64,000 nucleotides of DNA from Dehalococcoidia bacterium (GTDB lineage Bacteria > Chloroflexota > Dehalococcoidia > UBA6926): the NCBI GenBank assembly GCA_963666115.2, contig CAXXET010000006.1, positions 520,574 to 584,573 of the forward strand. Reading direction: 5' to 3'. The notes below the pieces were generated by a model that worked only from the letters and a program-made list of their open reading frames with translations, was not told the origin of the DNA and ran no database searches. Both the position numbers and the translations under genes were made by a program. Shown here piece by piece: positions 1 to 8,593 of the stretch. How positions within the stretch are numbered: position 1 is the stretch's first letter; each line of letters opens with the position of its first letter.

Positions 1-1
1 G

Positions 2-436
2 ATCGCAGAAGTCCGCGTAGACCCGGACACAGGACAGGTAACGCTCGAAAAATTCACCACGGCCCACGACGTGGGCACCATCATCAACCCGGTCTCGCAC
101 CAGGGCCAGTTGGAGGGCGGCGTCGTCCAGGCCATCGGCTTCACCCTGATGGAGGCCCTGGAAGTGGACGAAAGCGGCCGCGTAGCAAACCCGTCCCTCG
201 CGGAGTTCAAGATCCCAACGGCCAGCGATCTCCCCGAATTGCAAACCGTCCTCGTCGAAGCCCCAAGCGGCTCCGGCCCCTACAACATCAAATCCGCAGG
301 CGAAAGCTCAAACACCCCAACCGCCGCCGCAATAGCAAACGCCATAGAAGACGCCGCCGGCGCCCGCATCCGGAACCTCCCCATAACAGCAGAGGCGGTA
401 TACAGGGCGCTGCGCCCTTCGACAGGCTCAGGGTGA
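2..436 (+). CDS. Xanthine dehydrogenase/CoxL-family molybdopterin-binding subunit, C-terminal part (5' truncated by window)
   Basis: Frame open from base 2: AEVRVDPDTGQV..AHDVGTIINP..GQLEGGVVQAIG..KSAGES..AIANAIEDA..LPITAE, typical of the MoCo large-subunit C-terminus. Confidence 0.9.
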   Translation: MAEVRVDPDTGQVTLEKFTTAHDVGTIINPVSHQGQLEGGVVQAIGFTLMEALEVDESGRVANPSLAEFKIPTASDLPELQTVLVEAPSGSGPYNIKSAGESSNTPTAAAIANAIEDAAGARIRNLPITAEAVYRALRPSTGSG

Positions 437-456
437 GCGGAATGGTGTCAGGGTGA
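415..456 (+). repeat. Dispersed repeat family A (CCCTTCGACAGGCTCAGGGTGA-n-CGGAATGGTGTC..AGGGTGA), copy 1
   Basis: Near-identical to 863-905; core also present inverted at 13448-13473. Confidence 0.9.
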
Positions 457-831
457 AGCCAGCCGCTCAGCTTCCGTTACGTAGTCCGCAGTCTCGCGGA
501 CCAGGCGGCTAATATCCTCCGGGTCATAATGATCGTGGTAGAAACAGTCGCCGTGCAGTGCTTCCTGCCGGTCAAAGTAGCGGAGGCGGAGTTCCGACAC
601 TGACTGGTCCTTCACGGATAGCATCCGAAGCCGGCGGCCGGCGTCGGTGGACTTTCCCGGCTCCTCCCCCGTGCGGGCAAGAACCAGCGCCTCCGTCGCG
701 CGCATGGTGGCGCACCACGCCTTCTCCGCCGCGTCCCGGATATCGCCGGCGGCCATGCGCTCAAAGGCGGCGTCCCGCATTAGGCGGGCATCCGCGAATA
801 TGCTTGCCGCGTCGGCCTCAATTGTTGCCAT
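448..831 (-). CDS. PaREP1/HEPN-like protein
   Basis: GDIRDAAEKAWCA and EALHGDCFY resemble the PaREP1/HEPN pattern (Q/D-A-x-E-K-x-W ... LH-x-x-FY). Confidence 0.7.
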   Translation of the reverse strand: MATIEADAASIFADARLMRDAAFERMAAGDIRDAAEKAWCATMRATEALVLARTGEEPGKSTDAGRRLRMLSVKDQSVSELRLRYFDRQEALHGDCFYHDHYDPEDISRLVRETADYVTEAERLASP

Positions 832-862
832 GGGTTACTCCAAAAGCACTATACCACGCCAC

Positions 863-905
863 CCCTTCGACAGGCTCAGGGTGACCGGAATGGTGTCCAG
901 GGTGA
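863..905 (+). repeat. Dispersed repeat family A, copy 2
   Basis: CCCTTCGACAGGCTCAGGGTGACCGGAATGGTGTCCAGGGTGA; direct repeat of 415-456. Confidence 0.9.
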
Positions 906-918
906 GCGGGAGTGTGCG

Positions 919-2244
919 CTATTCAGGCGTGCCCTCGTCCGCTCCCCGCCGCCGCATGATCAGGTACGCCCCCGCTCCCAGCAGGGCCAGCACGACCAGC
1001 CCGCCTACTATCGCGCCCGCGCCCAGTACGCCGTCGCCAGGCTCAGGCGTGGCGGTGGGCGGCGGCGGGGGCGTTGCCGTCGGGGCAGGAGTCGGCGTAT
1101 TCGTCGGCTCCGGTGTTGCCGTCGGCTCCGGTGTGGGCGTCGGCGTATTCGTGGGCACCGGCGGCGGCGGTGTTGCCGTGGGCCGTGGTGTCGCTGTGGG
1201 CGTCGCCGTGGGCCGTGGTATCGCCGTGGCCTCCGGCGTCGGTGTTGCCGTCGGCTCGAATACCGGGATAACCGTGATCCGCAAAGTCTGCTTCGCCGTG
1301 TGCAGGACGCCGTCGATCACGCCGCTCGCGGTCACCGTGATAGTCGTGTTGCCTTCGCTCCTGGCGATGATGCGCAGCCGTGTTGCTCCCTGGAGACGCA
1401 CTTCGGCAATCGCAGGACGGGCCGACACTGCGTCGTATGTCGCCTTCGCACCGGCCGGTTCCACCGTGAACCCCTGGTCGATGTTGTCAACGAACCGGAG
1501 GCCTCCCACTTCCAGTGTTCCCACGCGGGGATTCCAGTCGCTGTTCGCGGTGATGCTGCTCACCGGCACGTCCACGGGCCCCGGGCTCGGGAGGGCGGGC
1601 AAACTGAAGCTGACGCTGCTCAGCGCGGTTCCGTCACAGTTCGTGCCCAGCCACCAGGAGAATGTGTAATCGTAGCCCGGCGTCAGATCGGTGAGCGGCG
1701 CGCGGTCCGCGTTATAGACCGTCGTGCAGGACCCCGCGCCAGGCGCCGTTTGGCGATACGACCAATCGGTGGCAGTGCTGGTGATGCCCAATGTCGCCGT
1801 GGTTTCTTCGATATCGAAGGCGGTCAGCCTGTACGTGGTGAAGGTAATGATGTCGTTTATGGGGCCGCAATCGCTGTGGGCGTATATCGTGTAGGTGTAG
1901 GTGGTTCCCGGCGTCAAGCCCGTGAGATGCGCCGCGGGATTCGTGAAGCCGGTGCGGATGGTTGTGCAGGCAGTGTCCGGTCCCTTGTCGGCCGCGTACC
2001 ACCACTCGAAGATGTTCGGCTGGTCGGTGATACGCAGTGTTGCGGTGGTTTCCGTGATGTCTTCCACGACAACGGGGTCTTGTTGCGCCTCTGTGGGCGC
2101 GGCGCCGAGGGCCTGGATGCTGAGGAAAGCGGCAAGGACGGCGATCAACCAAAAGATGGCGTATCGTCCGCCGGGCCGGGATAAAGCAAACCGGCCCCTA
2201 CCCGAACCGCGTGGTAAACCCCGGTGGTCAGATCGATTTTTCAT
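919..2244 (-). CDS. Cell-surface protein: signal peptide, two Fn3-like repeats, Ig-like domain, Pro/Thr linker, C-terminal TM anchor
   Basis: Repeats DITETTATL..LTGLTPGTTYTY; PTATP repeats; GVLGAGAIVGGLVVLALLGAGAYLIMRRRG. Confidence 0.8.
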   Translation of the reverse strand: MKNRSDHRGLPRGSGRGRFALSRPGGRYAIFWLIAVLAAFLSIQALGAAPTEAQQDPVVVEDITETTATLRITDQPNIFEWWYAADKGPDTACTTIRTGFTNPAAHLTGLTPGTTYTYTIYAHSDCGPINDIITFTTYRLTAFDIEETTATLGITSTATDWSYRQTAPGAGSCTTVYNADRAPLTDLTPGYDYTFSWWLGTNCDGTALSSVSFSLPALPSPGPVDVPVSSITANSDWNPRVGTLEVGGLRFVDNIDQGFTVEPAGAKATYDAVSARPAIAEVRLQGATRLRIIARSEGNTTITVTASGVIDGVLHTAKQTLRITVIPVFEPTATPTPEATAIPRPTATPTATPRPTATPPPPVPTNTPTPTPEPTATPEPTNTPTPAPTATPPPPPTATPEPGDGVLGAGAIVGGLVVLALLGAGAYLIMRRRGADEGTPE

Positions 2245-2310
2245 GCACGCTATTCAACTTTCCCGCAGCCGCGCTCTGCGTATTAAGTCTAGCAGAGGGG
2301 GCAACGGGGC
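2245..2310 (-). promoter_or_regulatory. Conserved leader/promoter with extended -10 (TGCTAGACT), shared with the paralog
   Basis: Aligns with 3650-3727 (GCTATTCAACT, GCAGCCGCGCTCTGCG, GAGGGGGCAACGGGGC). Confidence 0.55.
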
Positions 2311-2362
2311 TTTTTCAGAGGGCTGGCTCCCGCTTTCACGGGAAAAACGCAGGGCGGCGGCG

Positions 2363-3649
2363 CTATTCGGGCGTGCCGGCTTCTGTGCCGCGCCGCCGCA
2401 TGATCAGGTACGCCCCCGCTCCCAGGATGGCCAGGATGACCAGCCCGCCGATGATCGCGCCCGCGCCTATCCCGCCCTCAGGCTCGGGCGTGGCGGTGGG
2501 CGGCGGCGGGGGTGTTGCCGTCGCGGTGGCCGTCGGCTCCGGCATCGGCGTCGGGGTGGCCGTCGGCTCCGGCATCGGTGTCGGCGTATTCGTGGGCACC
2601 GGCGGCGGCGGGGTTGCCGTGGGCCGCGGCGTCGCCGTGGGCGTCGCTGTCGGCGCCGGGATTGCCGTGGCCTCAGGCGTCGGCTCAGGTGTCGGCTCGA
2701 CGTCCGATGGCGCCACGCGAACCGTAAACATCTGCGTATCGGTATGCAGGACGCCGTCGATCACGGCCGTCGCGGTCACAGTAATGGTCGTTCTGCCCTC
2801 GCCCACAGGCCGCACGCGCAGCGTCGTTGCGCCCATGAGCATGACACTGGCGACGTTAGACTGGGCTGACGCAACCTCGTATGTCGCCTTCGCTCCGGCA
2901 GGTTCAACAATGAAACCGTCGTCGATATTCTCAAGGAAGAACGCCGAACTGCCCTCCTGGCGATAAGGCACGTTAGGACTCCAGTCGCTGTTCGCCGTCA
3001 GGCTGCTCGGCGGAACATCCACCGGTGTTGGCGCCGCCGGAACGCCGGACGTCGTGAAGCTGACGCTGCTCAGGGTGCTGTCGGTGCATCCCTTGCCCAG
3101 CCACCATGAGTAGTTGTAGTCGGTGGCAGCAGACAGGCCGGTGAGCGTCGTGCGGTCATTGTTGAAGACCGTCGTGCAGGTCGTTGACCCGGGCGCGGTC
3201 TCCCGGTACGACCAATCGGTCGCGGCGCCCGTGATGCCCAGCTTGGCCGTTTTGTCTCCAATCTCAAAGGCGGTGAGCTTGTACGTCGTGAACGTTACCG
3301 GGTCTTCGATTATCCCTGCGCAGCCTTCGGAGACGAATACCGAATACGTGTAGGTGACTCCGGGCGTCAGGCCGGTGAGCTTCGCCGGCGGGTTCATGTC
3401 GCCGGTGCGGGCGCTCACACAACTCGTGTGCGGGCCCTTGTTGGCGCTGTACGACCATACCGCGCTCGCGTGGTTGTCCAGGCGAAGTGTCGCCGTCGTT
3501 TCCGCAATGTCTTCGATGATTATTTGCGTGCCCTGTGCGCTGGCAGGCGCTGCGGTGAGGGCCTGGATGCTGAGGATGGCGGCAAGGACGGCGGCGAGGC
3601 CAACGATGATAAAAAGTGACAAAACCGGGGGGTGACGCTGATTATTCAT
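2363..3649 (-). CDS. Cell-surface Fn3-like protein, tandem paralog of 919-2244
   Basis: Same architecture; shared segments (SLTANSDW, VEPAGAKATY, LGAGAYLIMRRRG). Confidence 0.8.
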   Translation of the reverse strand: MNNQRHPPVLSLFIIVGLAAVLAAILSIQALTAAPASAQGTQIIIEDIAETTATLRLDNHASAVWSYSANKGPHTSCVSARTGDMNPPAKLTGLTPGVTYTYSVFVSEGCAGIIEDPVTFTTYKLTAFEIGDKTAKLGITGAATDWSYRETAPGSTTCTTVFNNDRTTLTGLSAATDYNYSWWLGKGCTDSTLSSVSFTTSGVPAAPTPVDVPPSSLTANSDWSPNVPYRQEGSSAFFLENIDDGFIVEPAGAKATYEVASAQSNVASVMLMGATTLRVRPVGEGRTTITVTATAVIDGVLHTDTQMFTVRVAPSDVEPTPEPTPEATAIPAPTATPTATPRPTATPPPPVPTNTPTPMPEPTATPTPMPEPTATATATPPPPPTATPEPEGGIGAGAIIGGLVILAILGAGAYLIMRRRGTEAGTPE

Positions 3650-3727
3650 GGGCGCTATTCAACTCTCTTCTGCAGCCGCGCTCTGCGTTTCATGCGTGTT
3701 AAGTGTACCAGAGGGGGGCAACGGGGC
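3650..3727 (-). promoter_or_regulatory. Conserved leader/promoter with extended -10 (TGGTACACT)
   Basis: Duplicate of 2245-2310. Confidence 0.55.
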
Positions 3728-3735
3728 AGAAAGAA

Positions 3736-3764
3736 CGAGGGGGTGCGCGTCGCGCACCCCCTCG
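3736..3764 (-). terminator. Intrinsic terminator after 3787-4947
   Basis: CGAGGGGGTGCGCG-T-CGCGCACCCCCTCG hairpin followed by TTCTTTCT on the minus strand. Confidence 0.75.
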
Positions 3765-3786
3765 CTGGTGTCGGGTTTAAGCCGGG

Positions 3787-4947
3787 TTAGCGGAGGTTTT
3801 GGTCTCCGTTTGTTGCGTCATCGTCACCGTCGCCGCCCTCGGTATCATCGACGCCGTCATCGTCCCCGGCGTCATCGCCTGCGGGCGAATCGTCCAGGCT
3901 GTTTGCGGGGGCGCCGTCCGGGCCGTTCCCGCCGCCTCCGCGCCGCTGTAGCAGGAAGTACGCGCCTGCGCCGATGATGGCCAGGATGATGAGTCCGATG
4001 ATGATCGCGCTGAGGCCGATCCCGCCTACTTCAGGCTCAGTGGGCGTCGCCGTCGGCGGCACGGGTGTCGCGGTTGGCACAGGTGTCGCGGTCGGCGGCA
4101 CGGGTGTTGCGGTCGGCGGCACGGGTGTTGCCGTGGGGACTTCAGGTGTCGGGGTTGGCGGCACGGGCGTCGGGGTTGGCGGCACGGGCGTCGCGGTTGG
4201 CGGGATAGGCGTGGCCGTCGGCGGGACGGGTGTGGCCGTTGGAGGGACGTACTCGCCGGAAACGCGAACCTTGACGGTGCTCATTGCCGACGCGCCGCGA
4301 TCCGGGTCTGCCGTGATCGTCAGTGTGGTCTTACCCTCGTCGGCGCCGACAAGCCTGGCATTCGAGCCGGTGATAACCGGCCTGGCGACGACCTGTTGAT
4401 TGCCGACCGTGACAGTGTAGGTAACTGCCGTATCTGAATCATGGATGGAGAAGTACTGTGAGAGGTCTATGTTCCTGGCGCTGTCGGCGCCGAGGGCGAT
4501 ATCCCGCGGCATCGCGGCGGCGGTTACGTTCGCCTTCGCCATTACCTCAATCGTGGCGGTATCGGAGTCGCCGACGCCGATGGTGAGCGTGTAGGTTGTG
4601 CCGCCCATCAACTCCTTGCCTGCCGCAAGAGTGAGATTGCGAGAGCCTATGTCGTCTGTGTCTCCCAGGGCGAACGTTCCCGCATCGTCCCCTGTCAATG
4701 TTGCGCCAAGCGGCATGCCCTGCGCCTTGGGAGTCAGAATCGCGATGGTGCTGCCCGCGCCGGTGTTGTCCAGGACGGAGACTTTGCAGGTCCCGTCGGC
4801 TTCTATCGAGCACGGTGTCGGTGTCCCGTGCGTTGCCGCTGCGGATGGCGTGGCGGCTGGGGCCTGGAAGGCAAAGAATGCGGCGGCGAGGGCCGCGAAA
4901 GCGAGGATGAGATAGCGGGTGGCCGGGTGTTTGAGTTCAATCTTCAT
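3787..4947 (-). CDS. Cell-surface protein with cadherin/Ig-like domains, PPTATPV repeats, TM anchor and acidic tail
   Basis: Signal peptide from MKIELK; [11 protein letters not shown] and [14 protein letters not shown]; [30 protein letters not shown]. Confidence 0.75.
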   Translation of the reverse strand: MKIELKHPATRYLILAFAALAAAFFAFQAPAATPSAAATHGTPTPCSIEADGTCKVSVLDNTGAGSTIAILTPKAQGMPLGATLTGDDAGTFALGDTDDIGSRNLTLAAGKELMGGTTYTLTIGVGDSDTATIEVMAKANVTAAAMPRDIALGADSARNIDLSQYFSIHDSDTAVTYTVTVGNQQVVARPVITGSNARLVGADEGKTTLTITADPDRGASAMSTVKVRVSGEYVPPTATPVPPTATPIPPTATPVPPTPTPVPPTPTPEVPTATPVPPTATPVPPTATPVPTATPVPPTATPTEPEVGGIGLSAIIIGLIILAIIGAGAYFLLQRRGGGGNGPDGAPANSLDDSPAGDDAGDDDGVDDTEGGDGDDDATNGDQNLR

Positions 4948-5130
4948 GGACGCTGTATATTCCTTTCCGCAGCCGCGTTGTGTGGTCTTGGTTGGCAGGA
5001 CGTGGCCTGACAACTCGCCTCCCCCGCGTGCGGGGCGCGCAAGCGCCCACGCGCGGTCATGCAGGGATTGCATGACCCTTGTCCGTAGGATTGTAGCAAG
5101 TATGGGCGGCGCTAGCAATAGCGGGGTGCG

Positions 5131-5973
5131 TTACAGCGCCTGCCAGTGGCGCTTGTTGTTCACGCGGATGACGCGCCCGATGTTGGAGCCGACGGGCATG
5201 TGGCCCGATGCGACGATGAGCCCCTCATCCTCAAGACGCTGAACAAGCGATGCCCGCGTCTGCGCGGCGAGCGGCTTGTCAACGTCAAACCCGACGTTCC
5301 ATGACGTTTCCGTTAACTGCGCGGCGGTGTGGAAGGCGTCGCCGATGATAATTGCCTTCTCGCCGCCGGAGCTGATGAGGAAGCACTGGTGGCCGGGCGT
5401 GTGGCCCGGCGTCACGAGCGTGGTGATCTCGTCCGTGATCGCCTCGCCGTCGCCGACGATCTCCAGCGCGTTGAAGTCCTGGAGGGGGATGATGTTGTTC
5501 TCCACGTGGGGGGAGTTGGGGAGGACGTCCGCAGAGGTAAAATAGTCCCAGTCGCCCTGCGGGATGCTGTAGGCGGCGTTGGGGAACGTGGGGCGGGGAG
5601 TGTCGCCGTCCCACGTGACGTTCCAGCCGACGTGGTCGCCGTGCAAGTGGGTAATGAGGACGCGCGAGATGTCGTCCGCGTCGATGCCCGCGCCGTTGAG
5701 CTGGTCCATGAGTTGGCCGCCGATGCCGCCCATCGCCTCATGGGGCCCGCGCCCAAGGCCCGTATCGACGAGCATCGTCTGCCCGCGTGAGCGCAGCGCG
5801 AAAAATCCCATCTGGAAAGGAAGCTGCCCATAAGGCGTCAGCGTATCCTTATAAGCGTCCCACGCCGAGGCAGGAACATCAGGAAACACCATCCCAGTAT
5901 CCCGAGGCGCCGGCCCAATATCAACAAACGCAAGAATTTGGACGTTGCCGATAGAAATCGTCGTGGACGTCAT
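5131..5973 (-). CDS. MBL-fold metallo-hydrolase
   Basis: THLHGDHVG, TPGHTPGH and GDAFH motifs. Confidence 0.9.
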   Translation of the reverse strand: MTSTTISIGNVQILAFVDIGPAPRDTGMVFPDVPASAWDAYKDTLTPYGQLPFQMGFFALRSRGQTMLVDTGLGRGPHEAMGGIGGQLMDQLNGAGIDADDISRVLITHLHGDHVGWNVTWDGDTPRPTFPNAAYSIPQGDWDYFTSADVLPNSPHVENNIIPLQDFNALEIVGDGEAITDEITTLVTPGHTPGHQCFLISSGGEKAIIIGDAFHTAAQLTETSWNVGFDVDKPLAAQTRASLVQRLEDEGLIVASGHMPVGSNIGRVIRVNNKRHWQAL

Positions 5974-6003
5974 GATGCCTTCTTCCCGATGCGCCCTCAT
6001 GAG

Positions 6004-6216
6004 CTAGGCGTAATAGAGGCGGTCGCCCTTCGGTTGGGGCACCTCCGCCCCGTCCTCACGCGCGGTATCGATCCAGAACTCCATGGCCTCGGTGATGCTC
6101 TTGAGCGCCTCCTCATAGGTATCGCCGTGTGCCATGCAGCCGGGTAGTTCCGGCACGTCGGCGATATAGACCTCGTCCACGTTGCTCCAGTAGATGATGA
6201 TCTCATATTGCAGCAC
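6004..6216 (-). CDS. hicB: HicB-family antitoxin
   Basis: YIADVPELPGCMAHGDTYEEAL. Confidence 0.9.
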   Translation of the reverse strand: MLQYEIIIYWSNVDEVYIADVPELPGCMAHGDTYEEALKSITEAMEFWIDTAREDGAEVPQPKGDRLYYA

Positions 6217-6473
6217 TACTCACCTCCAAACAGGCCGCTCTCTATGATAGCGTCCCTAACCTGGCGCACCTGGTACCCTTTCGCTTGCCCACCCAATCGC
6301 TGGATATTGATCCGACCGGCGAAGTCGCTTCTTGTGAATATGTGGTGACTCCCCCTGATTCGCTCTCTGAATCCGTGGCGGCGCAGGAACGTGCGGAGGT
6401 CATCGAACCGCATGTTGTTGTCGGATCGCCCACTGAGAATCCTACGCCCTATCCTGTCGTCTCCGTTCACCAC
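6216..6473 (-). CDS. hicA: HicA-family toxin
   Basis: GFRERIRGSHHIF..AKGYQVRQV; upstream of hicB. Confidence 0.85.
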   Translation of the reverse strand: MVNGDDRIGRRILSGRSDNNMRFDDLRTFLRRHGFRERIRGSHHIFTRSDFAGRINIQRLGGQAKGYQVRQVRDAIIESGLFGGE

Positions 6474-6553
6474 TGTATGGTAGCGCGTTAAGAGGTGGGG
6501 TGTAAGGGCGTCCTCGGTGCTATACTTGCGGACATGATGCGGGTGTGGACCGG

Positions 6554-7336
6554 ATGATGCGCCAAGTGTATGTGGGCTCTGTTGAGCCTCGTGTTGGGAA
6601 GACTGTCATCGCGTCTGCCCTTGCGCGCCTTGGCGTGGACGCGGCGGAGGTTGACGCCGGGGCTTCGGATGCCGAGGTTCTCCTCGTATTGTGGTATGAC
6701 GAGCATTCAATGGGGGAGGGCGACGCGTCCGCCATCCGCGCGGCGGCGGAACGATTCGGCGACCGAATCTCCCACATCATCATCAACGCCGTGCCGGAAC
6801 TGCGGATGCGCTATGTGGAAACGTCGCTCCTGCCCGCCGTCGCGGACGCCGGGCTTCCTCCCGTTGCCGCCTTAAAGCAGGATCGGCTGCTCAGCGCGCC
6901 GACGATGCGCGAGATCGTGGAGCATCTTGACGCGGACGTGGTGGCGCACCCGGAGGGGCTGGACGTTCTTGTGCCTCGCGTGATGCTCGGCGCGCTCGCG
7001 CTCGACGGCGGCATCTACTACTACGGGCAGACCGACCGGAAGATCGTGGTAACGCGGTGGGACCGCCCCGACCTCCAGATGCCCGCCATGGCGACGGGCT
7101 GCCAGGGGCTCATTCTGACGGGCGGGCAGGGGCCGATTCCGTATGTGCAGAATCGCGTCGATGAGCTGCGGATACCCGTGGCTGTCGTGCCCGGCGGCAC
7201 GGTCGCCACGGCCACACGCCTGAGCGACGGCGCGCTCGGCGGGCGCGGCCGGATGCACCCGGACAAGGTCGCCGTGATGGCGGGCCACTTAAAGGACACC
7301 CCGCTCGCGCAGGACCTCCTGGCGGTCTCCGCATGA
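6554..7336 (+). CDS. DRTGG-domain protein (Pta N-terminal-like)
   Basis: GKTVIA P-loop-like start; VVTRWDRPDLQ..LILTGG. Confidence 0.75.
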   Translation: MMRQVYVGSVEPRVGKTVIASALARLGVDAAEVDAGASDAEVLLVLWYDEHSMGEGDASAIRAAAERFGDRISHIIINAVPELRMRYVETSLLPAVADAGLPPVAALKQDRLLSAPTMREIVEHLDADVVAHPEGLDVLVPRVMLGALALDGGIYYYGQTDRKIVVTRWDRPDLQMPAMATGCQGLILTGGQGPIPYVQNRVDELRIPVAVVPGGTVATATRLSDGALGGRGRMHPDKVAVMAGHLKDTPLAQDLLAVSA

Positions 7337-7863
7337 CGGAGGCCGACGAGGCGCACATCCTCGGCCCTGCCGACCAGTTCGACATCGAGGCCGTGGGGCA
7401 GCCGGGCGACCGTCGATTCAGAATCCTCGTGCAGGGCCCGGGCGGCGATGCCACCATCTGGCTTGAAAAAGAGGACATGAGCCGCCTCGCGCTGTCCATC
7501 GAGCGCCTCCTCCAGATGGTTCAACGAAGCGTCGAGGAGGCCTCGTCGCGGCGGGTCAACATGGAGGAGCTGCCCCGGGAATCGCCCTCGCGTTCTTTCG
7601 AGTTCCAGTCCGGCTCATGGGCCGTCGGCTACCTGGAATCGGCGCACGTGATCGAGTTCCAGGCGCACGACATCGAGGACGAGGAGGATTCCCAGCCGCG
7701 CCTCCGCTTCTGGACGACGATGGCGCAGTGCCGCGATTGGTCGGCCAGCGCGCTGGAGGCCTACTCCGCCGGGCGCCCCCGATGCCCGCTGTGCCACGGC
7801 CCCCTGAACCCCGGAATGAATCACGTGTGCCCGATGGCGAACGGCCACCATGCAGCGTCCTGA
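7333..7863 (+). CDS. DUF3090-family protein
   Basis: AVGQPGDRRF..LEKE..GRPRCPLCHGPLNP..HVCP..NGH. Confidence 0.85.
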   Translation: MTEADEAHILGPADQFDIEAVGQPGDRRFRILVQGPGGDATIWLEKEDMSRLALSIERLLQMVQRSVEEASSRRVNMEELPRESPSRSFEFQSGSWAVGYLESAHVIEFQAHDIEDEEDSQPRLRFWTTMAQCRDWSASALEAYSAGRPRCPLCHGPLNPGMNHVCPMANGHHAAS

Positions 7864-8593
7864 AGGCTGCGACTACGCGAATCCCGCGCCGGATATCGTT
7901 GCGGCGATCACCGGCGGGGATTTCGTGGACATGCGCCCGCATCCGTACGGCTCGAACGCGGTTTTCACGGGGCTGATCGAAGGGCCGGCGGGGCGAGCGA
8001 GGGTCATCTACAAGCCGCAGCGGGGTGAAGCGCCGCTGTGGGATTTCCCGCCGGGCACGCTGTATTTAAGGGAGTGCGCGGCGTTTGAACTGAGCCGCGC
8101 GCTGGGCTGGCGCATGGTTCCGTTCACCATCGCGCGGGACGGGCCGTACGGCATCGGCGCGGTGCAGATTTTCGTCGAGCACAACCCGGCGGAAACGTAT
8201 TTCACGCTCCGGAATGAGCGCTGGGACGATCTGCGGCGGATGGCGCTGTTCGACGCGCTGGCGAACAACGCGGACCGCAAGGGAAGCCATTGCCTGCGTG
8301 ATGAAGCCGGGAGTTTGTGGGGCATCGACCATGGCCTGATGTTCAACGAGGACTACAAGCTGCGGACGGTGATCTGGGATTTTGAGGGGGAGCAGATACC
8401 GGACGGCCTGCTGGACGATCTCCGGGATTTGCGCCCGCGTTTGGAGGAGGGCGGGGATTGCGCCGCGCTGATGGGCGGGTTCCTTTCACGGTATGAGGTG
8501 GAGGCGCTGCGAGAGCGTCTGGAGGTCTTGGTGGAGGAGGGCATATTCCCCGTGGCTGGCCTAGGCCGCAACGTCCCCTGGCCCCCGCTCTAA
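7850..8593 (+). CDS. SCO1664-family PI3/PI4-kinase-like protein
   Basis: GSN..YKPQRGEAPLWDFP..RECAA..NNADRKGSH..IDHG..KLRTVIW..PWPP. Confidence 0.85.
   Translation: MQRPEGCDYANPAPDIVAAITGGDFVDMRPHPYGSNAVFTGLIEGPAGRARVIYKPQRGEAPLWDFPPGTLYLRECAAFELSRALGWRMVPFTIARDGPYGIGAVQIFVEHNPAETYFTLRNERWDDLRRMALFDALANNADRKGSHCLRDEAGSLWGIDHGLMFNEDYKLRTVIWDFEGEQIPDGLLDDLRDLRPRLEEGGDCAALMGGFLSRYEVEALRERLEVLVEEGIFPVAGLGRNVPWPPL

Noticed and set aside
647-4399. Long plus-strand GVAVG-rich ORFs
   Set aside because: Antisense shadows of the Pro/Thr linkers on the minus strand
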